Below are positions 9,753-18,032 of a stretch of 32,000 nucleotides of DNA, piece by piece. Origin of the DNA: Candidatus Altimarinota bacterium (GTDB lineage Bacteria > Patescibacteriota > Gracilibacteria > UBA1369); contig JBAZYK010000003.1 in the NCBI GenBank assembly GCA_041659405.1, positions 30,001 to 62,000 on the forward strand, read 5' to 3'. A program made the translations under genes and the position numbers. Every line of letters begins with the position of its first letter. The stretch's first letter is position 1. The notes beneath the pieces are model-generated. The model had not been told where the DNA came from. It saw only the letters and a list, made by a program, of their open reading frames with translations, and searched no databases.

Positions 9753-9820
9753 TTTGTATTAACGGCTCATGCAGGTTAAGAACAAACAATTACCCATTAC
9801 TAATTATTAATAAATAAATT

Positions 9821-11842
9821 ATGTCAAAAATCATTGGAATTGATCTTGGTACAACCAACTCCTGCGTTGCAGTTATGGAAGGCTCGGAACCGGTCGTTAT
9901 CCCAAATGTGGAAGGCCACCGCACCACTCCTTCAATTGTAGCCATCAAAAATGGTGAACGTTTGGTGGGTGTTACCGCAAAAAGCCAATCTGTAACCAAT
10001 CCGGAAAACACCATTTTCTCGGCAAAACGTTTTGTTGGCCGCATGTTCAAAGAAGTGGAACAGGACGCCAAACGCATGCCTTTTAAAGTTGTTAGTGGCC
10101 GTGGCGGCGAAGCGGAAATCGTGCTCGACGGAAAAGAGCATCGTCCTGCGGAAATTTCTTCCATGGTTTTGGCAAAATTGAAAGCCGATGCGGAAGCGTA
10201 CTTAGGAGAAACTGTAACTGAAGCCGTTATTACGGTCCCAGCCTACTTTAATGACGCTCAACGTCAGGCCACCAAAGATGCCGGTAAAATTGCCGGTCTT
10301 GATGTGAAAAGAATTATTAACGAGCCAACTGCTGCCGCTCTTGCGTACGGCCTGGACAAAAACAAAGCCAAAGAAAAGAAAGTTGCCGTGTTTGATTTTG
10401 GTGGAGGTACCTTTGATATTTCCATTTTGGAGCTTGGCGAAGGCGTTTTTGAAGTACTTTCAACCAATGGCGACACTCAACTTGGTGGTGACGATATGGA
10501 TCAGCAAATCGTAACCTGGTTATTGGCCGAGTTCAAAAAAGATCAAGGACAAGACCTTTCCGGCGATCGTGTAGCGCTACAACGTCTGCGTGATGCTGCT
10601 GAAAAAGCCAAGATCGAACTTTCAACTCTAAACGAATCGGAAATTAATTTGCCGTTTATTTCTATGGATAAAGGCGGCTCTCCAAAACATTTCAACTTAA
10701 AATTAACACGTGCAAAGTTGGAGGATTTGGTGGCTGATTTAATTGAAAGAACAGTTGGCCCATGCAAAAAAGCCATTGAAGATGCCAAAATTTATTTAAG
10801 TGATCTTGATGAAATTATTTTAGTTGGAGGTATGACCCGCATGCCGGCAATTCAACACAAAGCCAAAGAAATTTTCGGCAAAGAGCCTCATCGTGGCATT
10901 AATCCGGATGAAGTTGTGGCGATTGGTGCCGCAATTCAGGGCGGCGTGCTGCAGGGAAATGTGAAGGACATTATTTTGTTGGATGTGACTCCCCTTTCAC
11001 TTGGAATTGAAACTTTAGGCGGAGTTGCCACAAAATTGATCGAGCGCAACACCACTATCCCAACTTCCAAATCGCAAGTTTTCTCTACAGCTGCGGATAA
11101 TCAGACATCTGTAGAAATTCATGTGGTTCAGGGTGATCGTCCAATGGCTGCAGATAACAAAGATTTGGGCCGATTTATTCTTGATGGAATTCCATCCGCA
11201 CCTCGCGGCGTTCCTCAAATTGAAGTAACTTTTGATATTGATGCGAACGGAATCATCAACGTAAAAGCAAGCGACAAAGCCACAAATAAAGTTCAACATA
11301 TTACCATTACCGGTTCCAGCAATATTCCGGAAGCCGAGCTGGAAAAAATGCGTAAAGAAGCTGAACTGCATGCCGAAGAAGACAAGAAAAAGAAGGAAGC
11401 CGTTGAAGAAAGAGTCAAAGCCGAAGGTTTGGTTTTGCAATCAGAAAGAACCCTGCGTGATGCCGGAACCAAGGTAAGCGACGAAATCAAAAAACCGGTT
11501 ACAGAAAAAATCGACACACTCAAGAAAATTTTAGAAAACAAGGACGCCAAACCGGAAGAAATCAAAAAAGCCTACGATGAACTAAGCGACGCCATCCAAA
11601 AAGTTGGCGCGGAAATGTATAAAACAGCTGGCACAGCCGGAGCGAATGCGCAGGGTGCTACAGGTGATGCCGGCACAGGCGAAACAGCCAGTGGCGCAAA
11701 CGCAGGAGCGGGAGCCGCAGGCGAATCCGCATCAGGCGCAGCCGACGACGGCACCAAAGTCTACGAAAAAGGCAAACGCCCGGAAGACGGCACAAGCGGC
11801 GAAGGCCCGGTAGAAGGCGAAGTGGTGGATGATAAGAAATAA
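9821..11842 (+). CDS. dnaK: molecular chaperone DnaK (Hsp70)
   Basis: [45 protein letters not shown]. Confidence 0.98.
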   Translation: MSKIIGIDLGTTNSCVAVMEGSEPVVIPNVEGHRTTPSIVAIKNGERLVGVTAKSQSVTNPENTIFSAKRFVGRMFKEVEQDAKRMPFKVVSGRGGEAEIVLDGKEHRPAEISSMVLAKLKADAEAYLGETVTEAVITVPAYFNDAQRQATKDAGKIAGLDVKRIINEPTAAALAYGLDKNKAKEKKVAVFDFGGGTFDISILELGEGVFEVLSTNGDTQLGGDDMDQQIVTWLLAEFKKDQGQDLSGDRVALQRLRDAAEKAKIELSTLNESEINLPFISMDKGGSPKHFNLKLTRAKLEDLVADLIERTVGPCKKAIEDAKIYLSDLDEIILVGGMTRMPAIQHKAKEIFGKEPHRGINPDEVVAIGAAIQGGVLQGNVKDIILLDVTPLSLGIETLGGVATKLIERNTTIPTSKSQVFSTAADNQTSVEIHVVQGDRPMAADNKDLGRFILDGIPSAPRGVPQIEVTFDIDANGIINVKASDKATNKVQHITITGSSNIPEAELEKMRKEAELHAEEDKKKKEAVEERVKAEGLVLQSERTLRDAGTKVSDEIKKPVTEKIDTLKKILENKDAKPEEIKKAYDELSDAIQKVGAEMYKTAGTAGANAQGATGDAGTGETASGANAGAGAAGESASGAADDGTKVYEKGKRPEDGTSGEGPVEGEVVDDKK

Positions 11843-11852
11843 CACCAACCCC

Positions 11853-12122
11853 ATGCCCACTTTAGAAAGTCTTCAGCAAGAAATCAACGAAATCAAAGCA
11901 CGTAATCAGCGCGTCGAAAAAGACAAAGCTTGGGAAAAAAGCTGGTCCCGCAAAATTTTGATCGCGCTGCTTACGTACATCGTCATCGTAATTTTCTTCT
12001 CCACGGCAAATTTGCCAAACCCATTTTTTAACGCAATTGTCCCAACTTTGGGATTCTTGCTTTCAACCCTAACCATCCCCCTCGTTAAAAAATGGTGGAG
12101 CGGGCGGGTTTACAAAAGGTAG
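11853..12122 (+). CDS. small membrane protein with N-terminal coiled coil and two predicted TM helices
   Basis: ORF directly downstream of dnaK; in-frame ATG at 11853 preferred over 11829, which overlaps dnaK. Confidence 0.6.
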   Translation: MPTLESLQQEINEIKARNQRVEKDKAWEKSWSRKILIALLTYIVIVIFFSTANLPNPFFNAIVPTLGFLLSTLTIPLVKKWWSGRVYKR

Positions 12123-12165
12123 ATACAAATACGTCATTAGCAGTCGTATCCCTTAAAACACAACT

Positions 12166-12681
12166 ATGAGCACAAGAGATGACTTTGATCCAAAAACTAT
12201 TGAGGCAATAGGAAAACGGGCCTCTTATATTTGTTCAAATCCGACTTGCAAGAGCTTAACTCTATGCCCTTCAGCAACGGATGAAAGCAAATTTATATAT
12301 GTAGGCAAAGCAGCCCACATTACCGCCGCAGCAGTAGGCGGCCCACGATACGATGAAACACTTTTATCCGACGAGAGAAAATCAATCGGTAATGCAATTT
12401 TTCTATGCTCAAATTGTGCCGATATGATCGACAAAAATAAAGGCATTGATTTCACCATCGATCAACTGAAAAAGTGGAAACAGGAACACGAAACATGGAC
12501 CGCCCAGAATTTAAACAAAAGTTTAAACTCTCCCATTACTACCATCGACGGCGAACACATCGCTAGAGGAAAAGGCAATGTCACCGGAATCAGAACAACC
12601 AAGCCTACATTCTTTAAACCGGGAACAAAATCTTTAGCCGAAGGAGAAGGCAACATAACAGCAACTCACATAGGTTCTTAA
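12166..12681 (+). CDS. HNH-like/zinc-finger domain protein
   Basis: ASYICSNPTCKS...GKAAHITAAAVGGPRYD...RKSIGNAIFLCSNCADMIDKN...QLKKWKQEHE matches a recurrent HNH-like domain seen in nuclease/conflict proteins. Confidence 0.7.
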   Translation: MSTRDDFDPKTIEAIGKRASYICSNPTCKSLTLCPSATDESKFIYVGKAAHITAAAVGGPRYDETLLSDERKSIGNAIFLCSNCADMIDKNKGIDFTIDQLKKWKQEHETWTAQNLNKSLNSPITTIDGEHIARGKGNVTGIRTTKPTFFKPGTKSLAEGEGNITATHIGS

Positions 12682-12691
12682 CTTTTTAAAC

Positions 12692-12928
12692 ATGCAAACA
12701 GGTTCCTTTTTTGGATACAAGTGCCCACAATGCCATAGTGCCGTTGACATTGCCGCCATCGCTGGCAGTAATGAGCTGCTTTGCTCACAATGCAAAATAC
12801 CAATGGTTCCCGATCCAAATGGTCGCACCAGTGCCGCAAATGTTTTCTGCGCAAACTGTAAAGCTACTTACGGACTGGTGAATTCAGATAAATGTCCTCA
12901 GTGTGGAGGCCCGTTTTCTTCAATGTAA
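12692..12928 (+). CDS. small zinc-ribbon protein (three CxxC knuckles or more)
   Basis: CPQCH, CSQC, CANC, CPQCG. Confidence 0.6.
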   Translation: MQTGSFFGYKCPQCHSAVDIAAIAGSNELLCSQCKIPMVPDPNGRTSAANVFCANCKATYGLVNSDKCPQCGGPFSSM

Positions 12929-12972
12929 TAATAACGGGATACAGCGGCTAACAGTGCCCATTTTTAATCGTT

Positions 12973-13479
12973 ATGGAACAAAAATCTGGAAAACTTATAA
13001 TTGATAACAATGGCAAACTCATTCTAACAGGTGAAGTGTTTGACGACCACGGCTCATTTGATTTTAATGCCTTTGTAGATACAGGATCCTCTTTCGGTAT
13101 GGTTCTCACTAAACAACTGGCCGATGCTGTTTGTGCTAAATATGAACGAGATATAAATATAAGCATCGGTGGTGGTTCAAATGCTACAACTGGGCAAATA
13201 TGCAGAGCAAATCTTCGATTTGGAGATTTAACTCTACAGAATTATGAAGTAACAGTCGTGAATGGCAATAGGAATCTAGTTGGAATTAAGTTTTTTCAGG
13301 ATACAGGAATAATTATATTGATAGATTTTCACAAAGGCAAAACAATGGGTGGAGCAATAACTACTGATAGAAGATTCGCAAAAGCAATAGGTAAAACATC
13401 ACATTGTTTTTTTGTACATAATAACGACATAACAAAATCAAATGAGCCGTGTCCAATATGTGGAGCACAAGGTGAATAA
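12973..13479 (+). CDS. retropepsin-like (clan AA) aspartic protease domain protein with C-terminal CPxCG
   Basis: FNAFVDTGSSFGMVLT catalytic-type motif followed by LVGIKFFQDTGIIILIDFHKGKTMGG. Confidence 0.7.
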   Translation: MEQKSGKLIIDNNGKLILTGEVFDDHGSFDFNAFVDTGSSFGMVLTKQLADAVCAKYERDINISIGGGSNATTGQICRANLRFGDLTLQNYEVTVVNGNRNLVGIKFFQDTGIIILIDFHKGKTMGGAITTDRRFAKAIGKTSHCFFVHNNDITKSNEPCPICGAQGE

Positions 13480-13515
13480 AAATGAGCAGTGCAGCGCATT
13501 AGCGGTTCGGTTGCG

Positions 13516-13593
13516 GCCTAACCCAAGTTGACTGGTTGTGGCCTTCGGCACATTATACAATCAGTCAACTTCGCCAACATGCGGACGTTATGA
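13516..13593 (+). other. attC-like recombination-site candidate
   Basis: GCCTAAC ... AAGTTGACTGGTTGT/ACAATCAGTCAACTT imperfect palindrome ... GTTATGA. Confidence 0.4.
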
Positions 13594-13618
13594 GAAATAA
13601 ATTATTTTTTGCCCCCTT

Positions 13619-14782
13619 ATGGAAAACGAAATAAGCAACGAATACATCGAAAATGCAATAAACGAGTTAGAAAAATTCTTTGGCGTTAAAGAGCCAGTTT
13701 TTAGTGAAAATATTTTTTCATTAATTAGGGGAGGTAAGGTCAAAGATGCAATGAAATTGATAGCTTTTCAACTTGGCTTGCCTATTGATATCAATATTAC
13801 AAATGTCCCGAATGACTATAGAGCCCAGAGCGGTGACAACCAATTTCATAGCACCCACCTAGTTAATGTTCATCAACACGGATCTGGTAGCGAAGGTATT
13901 ACAGCTCAAGTAACCATTCCTGGCAATTTACCATTTTACGGATCTTCAGCACTAAACGGATATCCTATCAATGTTAAGATAAGTAAAAATTGTACGGAAC
14001 ATACTGTCGTATTCGCAATGATAATGGCTCATGAACTTTCACATATATTACTGTATTCATTAAGTCATTCTAAAAAGGAAAATGAATTTTATACTGACCT
14101 TACCGCCATAATGTTAGGTTTCCAAAATATTTTCCAAAACGGGCGCAAAATTACAAAAACTGATGTAGAAGAAGGGTTTATGAGTACAACGACTAGAACA
14201 CAGACGACAACTTATGGGTACTTAAATGATAATCAGTTTAATTTTGCTCACAATAAAATAAATTTAATATTAGAAAAAAACAGAGAAAGAAAAAAACTTT
14301 TATCAGAGGAATTCAAAAGATTTACAAAGTTATTATCAAAATATGAAAAAACGCTATTTAAATTTAAAAATTTTTTAGAATATCTAACAAAAAATACTAA
14401 CAAAAAAATCTCTGGCGAAGATGGTAAAAAGATGATGTCGTTTTTCCAACCTGGATATATGGATGAGCTATGCTTAGTACCAAAAGAATATAAGGATAAG
14501 CAACAAATAATCAAAAAATTTTTAAAAGAGCTTTCCCATTATACGGATCAAAGATTAAATCAATTATCAGCTTATGCAAACAATCTGAAAAAATATTCCA
14601 GTGAATTAAAAATTCAACTCATTCCTCTCAAAAAAGATGTTAAAATGTTGAAGAAATATGTTAGCTATAAATATAGGATAAAAAAAACTCTCTCTCTTTT
14701 GTTTAAAGGAGCAAAAAATAATTTACATCTCATAACACGACATATGAAATTAAAGAAAAATTCACATAAAATCCCTCAGTAA
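13619..14782 (+). CDS. zincin-type metallopeptidase-like protein (HExxH) with C-terminal coiled coil
   Basis: AMIMAHELSHILLYSLSHSKKENEFYTDLTAI: HExxH plus downstream ExxxD. Confidence 0.7.
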   Translation: MENEISNEYIENAINELEKFFGVKEPVFSENIFSLIRGGKVKDAMKLIAFQLGLPIDINITNVPNDYRAQSGDNQFHSTHLVNVHQHGSGSEGITAQVTIPGNLPFYGSSALNGYPINVKISKNCTEHTVVFAMIMAHELSHILLYSLSHSKKENEFYTDLTAIMLGFQNIFQNGRKITKTDVEEGFMSTTTRTQTTTYGYLNDNQFNFAHNKINLILEKNRERKKLLSEEFKRFTKLLSKYEKTLFKFKNFLEYLTKNTNKKISGEDGKKMMSFFQPGYMDELCLVPKEYKDKQQIIKKFLKELSHYTDQRLNQLSAYANNLKKYSSELKIQLIPLKKDVKMLKKYVSYKYRIKKTLSLLFKGAKNNLHLITRHMKLKKNSHKIPQ

Positions 14783-14915
14783 AATACGAAACGAAGTACT
14801 CAAACTTACCGATAAAAAAAATAAATCATCGCATCACTAAATTGACTACCAGTCCAACTCCTGCCACAACTCAAAATTTCGGGACGGGACGGCGAGAACG
14901 ACCATTTTAGGCCTC

Positions 14916-14935
14916 AAACAAGCCAACTTGTTTTT
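14916..14935 (+). terminator. possible rho-independent terminator (AAACAAG-CCAA-CTTGTTTTT)
   Basis: 7-bp stem, 4-nt loop, T tract; low GC. Confidence 0.4.
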
Positions 14936-15106
14936 ATGAGAATACCTAAGGAGTAACATTCCTCACACATAAACGCCCAGGCACGACCAACCTATTTCAT
15001 AAAAATTTCATCTCCCGTTTAGAAATCGTTAATGTTTCTGGATTATATTTGACCAGCGCACCTAAATTGGATATACTTAAAGTAAGATTTTCTTACATTT
15101 ATCCAT

Positions 15107-15376
15107 ATGGCTACATTCGACATCACAAGTCTTTCCTCAAAAGGACAAATCGTTATCCCCAACAATCTAAGAAAAGAACTGGGAATGACACCGGGAATTA
15201 AGCTTATTATTTTCACTGATGGCTCTAATCTGCTCATAAAACCTGTGCCATCCCCAAAAATAGAAACCTTTCAAAAACTCATCAAAGAAAGTCGGGCATT
15301 AGTCAAAAAGAATAAATTCACCGCCTCAGATGTGGAAAAAATCATCAAACAAACCAGAAACGAAAATCGTTCTTGA
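15107..15376 (+). CDS. AbrB/MazE-family antitoxin or regulator
   Basis: TSLSSKGQIVIPNNLRKELGMTPGIKLII swapped-hairpin motif. Confidence 0.88.
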   Translation: MATFDITSLSSKGQIVIPNNLRKELGMTPGIKLIIFTDGSNLLIKPVPSPKIETFQKLIKESRALVKKNKFTASDVEKIIKQTRNENRS

Positions 15377-15518
15377 TACAAATGTTCTAATTTCCGGGAT
15401 CTTCTGGAGATCAAGATCTACTCACATTAAAAACCATATCCAAAATCAAAATACTAACGCCTACAGATTTCCTGAAAGTTTTAAGAAAATCCCTTTAAAA
15501 CCCTATCTATACAAATAA
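15330..15518 (+). pseudogene. truncated PIN-domain toxin remnant
   Basis: KIVLDTNVLISGIFW is the PIN N-terminal motif; the ORF ends about 50 aa later without other PIN motifs; sits where the toxin of an AbrB-PIN pair is expected. Confidence 0.65.
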
Positions 15519-15826
15519 ACCGTGCCGCGGAAATTTTCAGCTCCATCATTCCCATCCACACCATAATCTATTTGCAACCTCAAAGTGGTGCGAGGGTACT
15601 TCCTGTTAATTGCAACAGCCTTCTGGTTCGCAGAAACATCTCTATGATCAAGCCAAGCAACCACTTTCCAACCTTCATTTTGCAGGGCATTAATAAAATA
15701 AAGATTTTGCTGACTGATTCCTAAATCTTTCAAAAATGTAAACACCGTAACTTTATCAACCTTATCAAGCTCCAAATATTGCGACTCATCAATTATCGGA
15801 ACTTTTAAATCATCCGGTCCACCCAT
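15503..15826 (-). CDS. hypothetical protein
   Basis: 107-aa ORF. Confidence 0.5.
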   Translation of the reverse strand: MGGPDDLKVPIIDESQYLELDKVDKVTVFTFLKDLGISQQNLYFINALQNEGWKVVAWLDHRDVSANQKAVAINRKYPRTTLRLQIDYGVDGNDGAENFRGTVYLYR

Positions 15827-15923
15827 AATAAATTTTTAAAATATAAACCATTAAATTCACCGGCAGGTTAACTCCAATAAAAATTCTGTCAAGATTTTGT
15901 CATCTGGATGACCTCACTTTCAA

Positions 15924-15957
15924 AAAAAGGGCCAAGGTTTTAACCAAAGCCCTTTTT
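15924..15957. terminator. bidirectional intrinsic terminator
   Basis: AAAAAGGGC ... GGTTTTAACC ... GCCCTTTTT; 9-bp outer stem with inner GGTT/AACC stem, A/T tracts on both sides. Confidence 0.7.
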
Positions 15958-16031
15958 CGTCTGATTTTTTGAAGGATCATCTGGTGAAAATTAGCCCTCA
16001 TAATCGAAATTTTCAACCCGCCACCACCAAC

Positions 16032-16292
16032 TCAAGCTACTTTCCCCCATGTTTCCTTAACTTTATCGATTTTCTTGGCATCGTTCAAATCAGCATCATT
16101 GATGTAATCCTCCAAATAACCACAAGCGGAACAGATATAACAATCCAAAAAAAGCCTTGAAAAAGACAAGGGGCCACCCAAAGGAAGCAAACATCTCTGT
16201 CCTGCTTTTTGGTTTAATTTGTCGGTGTAAATTTCATTTCCACTACACTTGGGACATTTCCCTGTTTGAAGGCCGGAAGTCGGTTTGCTCAT
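16032..16292 (-). CDS. small zinc-ribbon protein
   Basis: CPKC...CSAC knuckles. Confidence 0.6.
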   Translation of the reverse strand: MSKPTSGLQTGKCPKCSGNEIYTDKLNQKAGQRCLLPLGGPLSFSRLFLDCYICSACGYLEDYINDADLNDAKKIDKVKETWGKVA

Positions 16293-16328
16293 TAAAAAAG
16301 AGGAATTATAAATTAAAGAGAATAATGA

Positions 16329-17096
16329 CTACTCAATCTCATACGTCACACTAACACTGACCGTCATTTCTTTGCTTCCGGACTGGATTGAAGGCGCCGA
16401 AGAAGATTCGGCAGCACCAACCTTGGCATCCATAGTAAAATTACGGTAAGGAATCACACCCGAATCCGTACTTTCGCTAAAAGTCACCACACGACCGAGT
16501 CTCACACCTGCAGCCGAAGCCATTTCTGCCGCTTTTTCTTTAGCCATGGTGAAAGCTTTTTCACGAGCCTGTTTTTTGATCGGACCGGTATCATCAATAT
16601 CAAAACTCAAACCACCAACTTCATTGGCCCCGGCCTTAACTGCGCTATCCAAAACATCATCCACACTTTCCAACTTACGCACTTTTACAGTAATCGCCTG
16701 CGTTAAATTGTATCCCAAAAACTTGCGGCCACCGGTCGTGTAATCGTAATCCGGATTTAAATCGTACTGACTTGTTAAAATATCTTTGTCCTCTACACCC
16801 AATTTTTTCATAGCACCAATAATTCCATTCATTTTTTGATTATTGTCGGCCGTAATTTGCTTGACTGTTAGCCCCTTGGAAACAACGGAAAGTTGAATTT
16901 GAGCAATATCCGGTTTAACATTTACCTTTCCATCCGCACTAACCGTAACTGTTCTTGCATAAGGCTGGCTTGTAATTTCCGCCTTAATATTTTTGAACCA
17001 GGTCGGACCAGTCATTTGCCAAATCATGACCACCATGGCCATCAGCAAAAACAGGCTTCCACTATAGTAAATAAACCGTTTTGGATCTTTTTCCAT
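16329..17096 (-). CDS. SIMPL domain-containing (DUF541) protein, membrane anchored
   Basis: VTVSADGKVNVKPDIAQIQLSV, N-terminal TM, repeated V-x-V-x-V strands and C-terminal VSVSVTYE. Confidence 0.88.
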   Translation of the reverse strand: MEKDPKRFIYYSGSLFLLMAMVVMIWQMTGPTWFKNIKAEITSQPYARTVTVSADGKVNVKPDIAQIQLSVVSKGLTVKQITADNNQKMNGIIGAMKKLGVEDKDILTSQYDLNPDYDYTTGGRKFLGYNLTQAITVKVRKLESVDDVLDSAVKAGANEVGGLSFDIDDTGPIKKQAREKAFTMAKEKAAEMASAAGVRLGRVVTFSESTDSGVIPYRNFTMDAKVGAAESSSAPSIQSGSKEMTVSVSVTYEIE

Positions 17097-17226
17097 AATT
17101 TTGGGGAATTAGGAGATAAACAAACACCGAGCATTGTATAACAACTTCACACATTTCATTACCAAGATAATCTGGACAAAAACGCAATTTTTTGCTTTAA
17201 TAGCGATCCGTTTTAACAAAACACCC

Positions 17227-17958
17227 ATGAGTTATTTGATACAAAAAGGAACCACCATAACAGATATGGCCCTCGACGCAGACATAGAAGAAGATGATGA
17301 TGGTCTTCGCAATCAACTTGATATAATTTTCGAAGGAGAATCCCCAAAACCTTATCCGGATGAAAGTGTACTCAGCAACAGCCATTTCTATTTAGCGCTC
17401 ACCCTCGATCGATACAAAAAACTTGCTCCTTTTATTTGCAAAACATTAGCCCAATTTGAAAATTTCGAGGAACTCGCAAAATGTGTTGATGAAAAAAAGA
17501 AACCCCGTTTTAGATTTCTTAAAAAGATAATAACTTTATTATCCCAAATTCAGGATCCAAAAATCAGGCAAGCTACCTATGAAGCCTTAAAAAAGGAAGC
17601 TGGCATAACATTACGAATACACTCAACCCGTGCCGCGATTCTAGAATCTTCAATACCTCAAGATGAACTATCAAATATGACTGATTCTGAAAGCCGGGAC
17701 ATAGAAATCGAAAAAGAACTTACCGTCCTGCTTTTTACCTGGATTTCCAAAGCGGACACTCGGGAAGATAAAGCAAAGACCCAGCTATTTTTCCGGACAC
17801 CAAACTATATTTATTTCAAACTTCTGATCAAAACACATCATCGGATTGAAGAAGATGAATTATTACAAGAAATCCTGGAAAAATTAAATTCAATTTCTTC
17901 ACCGGAAAAACAACAAGAAATTTTTGACCGCCTGCACAAGACCAATTGCATTTCCTAA
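17227..17958 (+). CDS. hypothetical acidic/helical protein
   Basis: ORF open from 17134; internal ATG at 17227 (MSYLIQKG) preferred. Confidence 0.65.
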   Translation: MSYLIQKGTTITDMALDADIEEDDDGLRNQLDIIFEGESPKPYPDESVLSNSHFYLALTLDRYKKLAPFICKTLAQFENFEELAKCVDEKKKPRFRFLKKIITLLSQIQDPKIRQATYEALKKEAGITLRIHSTRAAILESSIPQDELSNMTDSESRDIEIEKELTVLLFTWISKADTREDKAKTQLFFRTPNYIYFKLLIKTHHRIEEDELLQEILEKLNSISSPEKQQEIFDRLHKTNCIS

Positions 17959-18032
17959 AAACATCCCTCTTCACTTAAGCTGGCAAAATGCAAAGAGCAT
18001 GCTAGGATAGTGCTGCTCTTAATACGCTTATC

